This document shows, one piece after another, positions 60,970-64,000 of a stretch of 64,000 bases of DNA. Made by a program: the position numbers and the translations under genes. Source of the DNA: an uncultured Verrucomicrobiae bacterium. Its GTDB lineage: Bacteria; Verrucomicrobiota; Verrucomicrobiia; Limisphaerales; Palsa-1400. Every line of letters begins with the position of its first letter. Positions within the stretch are counted from its first letter, which is position 1. Where the stretch lies: positions 1,280,001 to 1,344,000 of the forward strand of contig OY969763.1 in NCBI GenBank assembly GCA_963702845.1, in the 5' to 3' direction. The notes beneath the pieces were generated by a model. The model saw only the letters and a list, made by a program, of their open reading frames with translations, did no database searches and was not told where the DNA came from.

Positions 60970-61434
60970 TTACTTAACTTTAGTATACAACCTGTGTTGA
61001 GCGTCGCGGTAGGGGGCTAAAAAGGTATCATTGTCGGCCATGGTTTTTTGGACGAGCTGGCCGATGAGTTGCATCTCCGAAGGATTCACTACGCAATGCA
61101 CGCTTTGGGCGAAGGCTTGCATGGTGTTGAGGGTTTCAAATTGTTCGCCGATGAGCAGAAAAACGACGTGCCGACGTTGGACCATCTGCATACGTTGGAC
61201 CAGTCGGAGACTGTGGTTTTCGCCAGGTGCGCTGTTGGCAAAGGTTTCTTCAACGATGACGATGTGGTAATTGACCTGGTTTAAACGGGTGTTGAAATGG
61301 GCGTGGGTGTCGACGTTGTGGACTTTGTAGCCCATGTCGACCAAGGAAGCGCGGGTTTGGGCCAGGTTCTCCGGGTTGCTGATGGCAAGCAGCGCCGGGC
61401 GATCTACTGGACTTATAAAATCAAATTCTTCCAT
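60970..61434 (-). CDS. Receiver-like hypothetical protein in pilT operon
   Basis: MGYKVH, IVIVEETF; directly downstream of the pilT/pilU-like pair. Confidence 0.65.
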   Translation of the reverse strand: MEEFDFISPVDRPALLAISNPENLAQTRASLVDMGYKVHNVDTHAHFNTRLNQVNYHIVIVEETFANSAPGENHSLRLVQRMQMVQRRHVVFLLIGEQFETLNTMQAFAQSVHCVVNPSEMQLIGQLVQKTMADNDTFLAPYRDAQHRLYTKVK

Positions 61435-61457
61435 ATAGTTACTTCAGTTGGAATGGG

Positions 61458-62711
61458 CTATTTCAGTTTCAACCCTTGCATCTGCATAGGCGCGGAGGTT
61501 GTTGTGCCGCGTTTGCCATTGCCATTGACCTCGGGAATTCTCATCTTCAGTTCGCCGAACTGCGCGATGTCTTCGCCGCGTTTCTTTTTGATGTTATCGA
61601 TGCCCCGCGCGACGTATCCGCGCTTCGTGGCGTAGAGCAGGGCGGTTTCTTCGGTGACGGTGTTTTGTTCGTAGGCCTCAAGGCAAGCGGAGTCAAAGGT
61701 TTTCCAGCCGAACGTTTCGCTGGCGGTAGTGATTTCGTAGAATGATTTTCCTTCGCTTTCGCCGTGCACGATTGTTTCTTTAGTGCGGAGGTTGTTGCCC
61801 ATGATTTCGAGAAGGGCATGACGCCCGCCACCAATGCGGGGCGCGAGGCGCTGGCCGATAACCCACCGAAGAGTGTCGGCGAGGCGGAAGCGCACTTGTT
61901 CTTGTTCCTCGGGTTCGAACATACCGAGAATACGGTTAATGGTCTGGCCGGCGTCAATGGTGTGCAGGGTGCTCAGGACGAGATGGCCGGTTTCGGCGGC
62001 GCTCAGAGCGATTTCGACGGTTTGGCGATCGCGCATTTCACCGACGAATATAATTTTGGGCGCCTGGCGCAATGCAGCACGTAAGCCGGTGGCAAAATCG
62101 CTGAAATCATTGCCCATTTCGCGTTGGTTGATCGTGGCTACTTTCTGCGGGTGCACGAATTCGACCGGATCCTCGAGTGTGACGATATGGACGGAGCGAT
62201 TTTCGTTAACGTGATTGAGCAGGGCGGCGGTAGTGGTTGATTTACCGGAACCGGTAGCGCCTGTGATGAGCACCATTCCCACCTTCTCCTTCGCGACTTC
62301 ACGAAAAATGGGCGGAAGTTGCAGGGCGTCGAGCGTCGGAACTTCTGTGTTCAACTTACGCATGACGACCGAGACGTTGCCACGTTGCGAGAAAATGTTC
62401 ACACGGAAGCGAGCAATATCGGCCAGGCTGTAACCGGCGTCGCAAGAGCCGGTGCGGAGGAGATCTTCGGTCAGGCGCGGATTGCTATTGATGATATTGA
62501 GCGCGATCGATTCGACCTGGTAAGGAGTCAGCGAGTCAATTGGCGGAGTGGTGTAAACGGGATTCAGGTCACCGCTTTGTTCAACCTGCAACGGTTTGTC
62601 GACGGTGAAATTGAAATCAGAGACATCCTTTTTGCCGCTCAAGATCGCCCCGGTTTCCTTGGCGGAATCAAGCATCGTCGCGAGAATGTAATCTAGTTCG
62701 GGTCGGCGCAT
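61458..62711 (-). CDS. PilT/PilU-family retraction ATPase
   Basis: GATGSGKSTT, TLEDPVE, ALRQAP..I.VGEMRD, AETGHLV.STLHT. Confidence 0.9.
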   Translation of the reverse strand: MRRPELDYILATMLDSAKETGAILSGKKDVSDFNFTVDKPLQVEQSGDLNPVYTTPPIDSLTPYQVESIALNIINSNPRLTEDLLRTGSCDAGYSLADIARFRVNIFSQRGNVSVVMRKLNTEVPTLDALQLPPIFREVAKEKVGMVLITGATGSGKSTTTAALLNHVNENRSVHIVTLEDPVEFVHPQKVATINQREMGNDFSDFATGLRAALRQAPKIIFVGEMRDRQTVEIALSAAETGHLVLSTLHTIDAGQTINRILGMFEPEEQEQVRFRLADTLRWVIGQRLAPRIGGGRHALLEIMGNNLRTKETIVHGESEGKSFYEITTASETFGWKTFDSACLEAYEQNTVTEETALLYATKRGYVARGIDNIKKKRGEDIAQFGELKMRIPEVNGNGKRGTTTSAPMQMQGLKLK

Positions 62712-62728
62712 AGTCTCTCGTCTTTAGT

Positions 62729-63820
62729 TTATTCCTCATCTTCCGGCGGATTGGCCAGGAAGGGACGGAATTTCTTTTTGTCGATACACTTATCGTAAGC
62801 GTCTTCGGCAGAAATGTGTTTTTGTTTCAAGTGGTCCATGATCGCGTCGTCGAGCGGGGTGTTCCCGTATTTCTTGCCGACTTGAATCATGCCCGGAATT
62901 TGGTGCGTCTTGCCTTCGCGAACGAGGTTGGCGACGGCGGTGTTGAAGACGAGCACTTCGAGCGCGGCAACACGGCCTTTTTTATCGATGCGCTTGAAAA
63001 GGTTTTGGGCGACGACGCCTTTAAGTGCTTCGGAGAGCGTGGCGCGAATTTTGTTCTGCTGATCGGCAGGGAATACGTCGATGATACGATCGACCGTCTT
63101 GGCGGCGCTCGGCGTGTGGAGCGTGCCGAAAACCAAGTGACCGGTGCTGGCGGCGACGAGCGCGAGTTCGATCGTTTCAAGGTCGCGCAATTCACCGACC
63201 ATGATGATGTCCGGGTCTTCGCGCAGTGCGCCGCGCAGAGCGGCCGCAAAACCTTTGGTGTGTACGCCGACTTCGCGGTGGTTCACGAGACTGTTTTTGC
63301 TTTCGTGAACAAATTCGATCGGGTCCTCAATGGTGAGGATGTGGTCTTTGCGGTTCCTGTTACAGTAATCGACCATCGCAGCGAGCGTGGTAGATTTACC
63401 GGAACCGGTTGGGCCCGTCACCACGACAAGGCCGCGATGCAGCATGCAAAATTTCTTGAGAACAGCGGGCAGAGGCGCGCCAATTTTTTCAAAATCTTCA
63501 AACGACATCACCTTGCTCGGGATTTGCCGGAACACCGCGCCGATGCCGTATTTTTGTTCGAAGAAGTTAACACGAAAACGCGACAGACCTTCGATTTCAT
63601 AGCCGAAGTCAACGTCGTGAGTTTCTTCAAAAGTCTTAATTTTATAGTCGGGCGCGATTTCGTAGAGCATGGCCTTGAGAGTGTCATTCTCGAGGGGTGG
63701 GAAATCCACACGCTGCAGTTCGCCGTTAATGCGAAGCATCGGCTGATTGCCGGAAGCAAGGTGCAAGTCCGAAGCTTTTTGCTCGAACATCAAATGAAAG
63801 AAGGCGTCGATCTTTGCCAT
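62729..63820 (-). CDS. pilT: Twitching motility ATPase PilT
   Basis: ASDLHL, GPTGSGKSTT, TIEDPIE, ALREDPD, TGHLVFGTLHT, ANLVREGKTHQI. Confidence 0.95.
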   Translation of the reverse strand: MAKIDAFFHLMFEQKASDLHLASGNQPMLRINGELQRVDFPPLENDTLKAMLYEIAPDYKIKTFEETHDVDFGYEIEGLSRFRVNFFEQKYGIGAVFRQIPSKVMSFEDFEKIGAPLPAVLKKFCMLHRGLVVVTGPTGSGKSTTLAAMVDYCNRNRKDHILTIEDPIEFVHESKNSLVNHREVGVHTKGFAAALRGALREDPDIIMVGELRDLETIELALVAASTGHLVFGTLHTPSAAKTVDRIIDVFPADQQNKIRATLSEALKGVVAQNLFKRIDKKGRVAALEVLVFNTAVANLVREGKTHQIPGMIQVGKKYGNTPLDDAIMDHLKQKHISAEDAYDKCIDKKKFRPFLANPPEDEE

Positions 63821-63943
63821 AGTCTCGCTAGTGAGATAGCAAGTTATCGACCAACTCGCGCGAAGAAGTGGAACCGTTTGGAATTGCGCTGCTTAGAACG
63901 GGTGCAGCGATGCGAAAACCAATGTCGTTTACGACAATTCGGC

Positions 63944-64000
63944 GTGACGGAAGCAGCTCACAATGTGGTCGTTAACCATCCCGGTGGCCTGCATGTGCGC
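63944..64000 (+). CDS. HPr-family phosphocarrier, N-terminus (partial)
   Basis: GTG start then TEAAHNVVVNHPGGLHVR, matching the HPr GLHxR motif. Confidence 0.65.
   Translation, partial: MTEAAHNVVVNHPGGLHVR

Overview
64 kb of bacterial chromosome. Gene content (W..DP.AA..W repeat protein, autotransporter beta-strand adhesin, GH78/GH172, PilT pair) suggests Verrucomicrobiota, Pedosphaera-like; this is an inference. About 55 CDS and one tRNA-Pro(GGG), mostly housekeeping or carbohydrate genes, surround two accessory hotspots (~17.7-24.7 kb and ~49.3-55.3 kb). Three signals stand out. (1) A minus-strand module occurs three times: a 21-nt hairpin tandem array, a conserved ~70-nt leader, and an FnIII-like gene that is intact once and internally deleted twice. 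Two copies continue with a 36-bp palindrome, a variable small gene and a shared 38-bp end motif. (2) Three ~60-bp attI-like sites are each followed by one gene, with truncated attC remnants in two cases and no integrase in the window. (3) Displaced duplicates of gene ends (deaD 5' end; an unknown gene's 3' end three times) mark repeated insertion. All functional calls come from motif recognition; no database searches were run.
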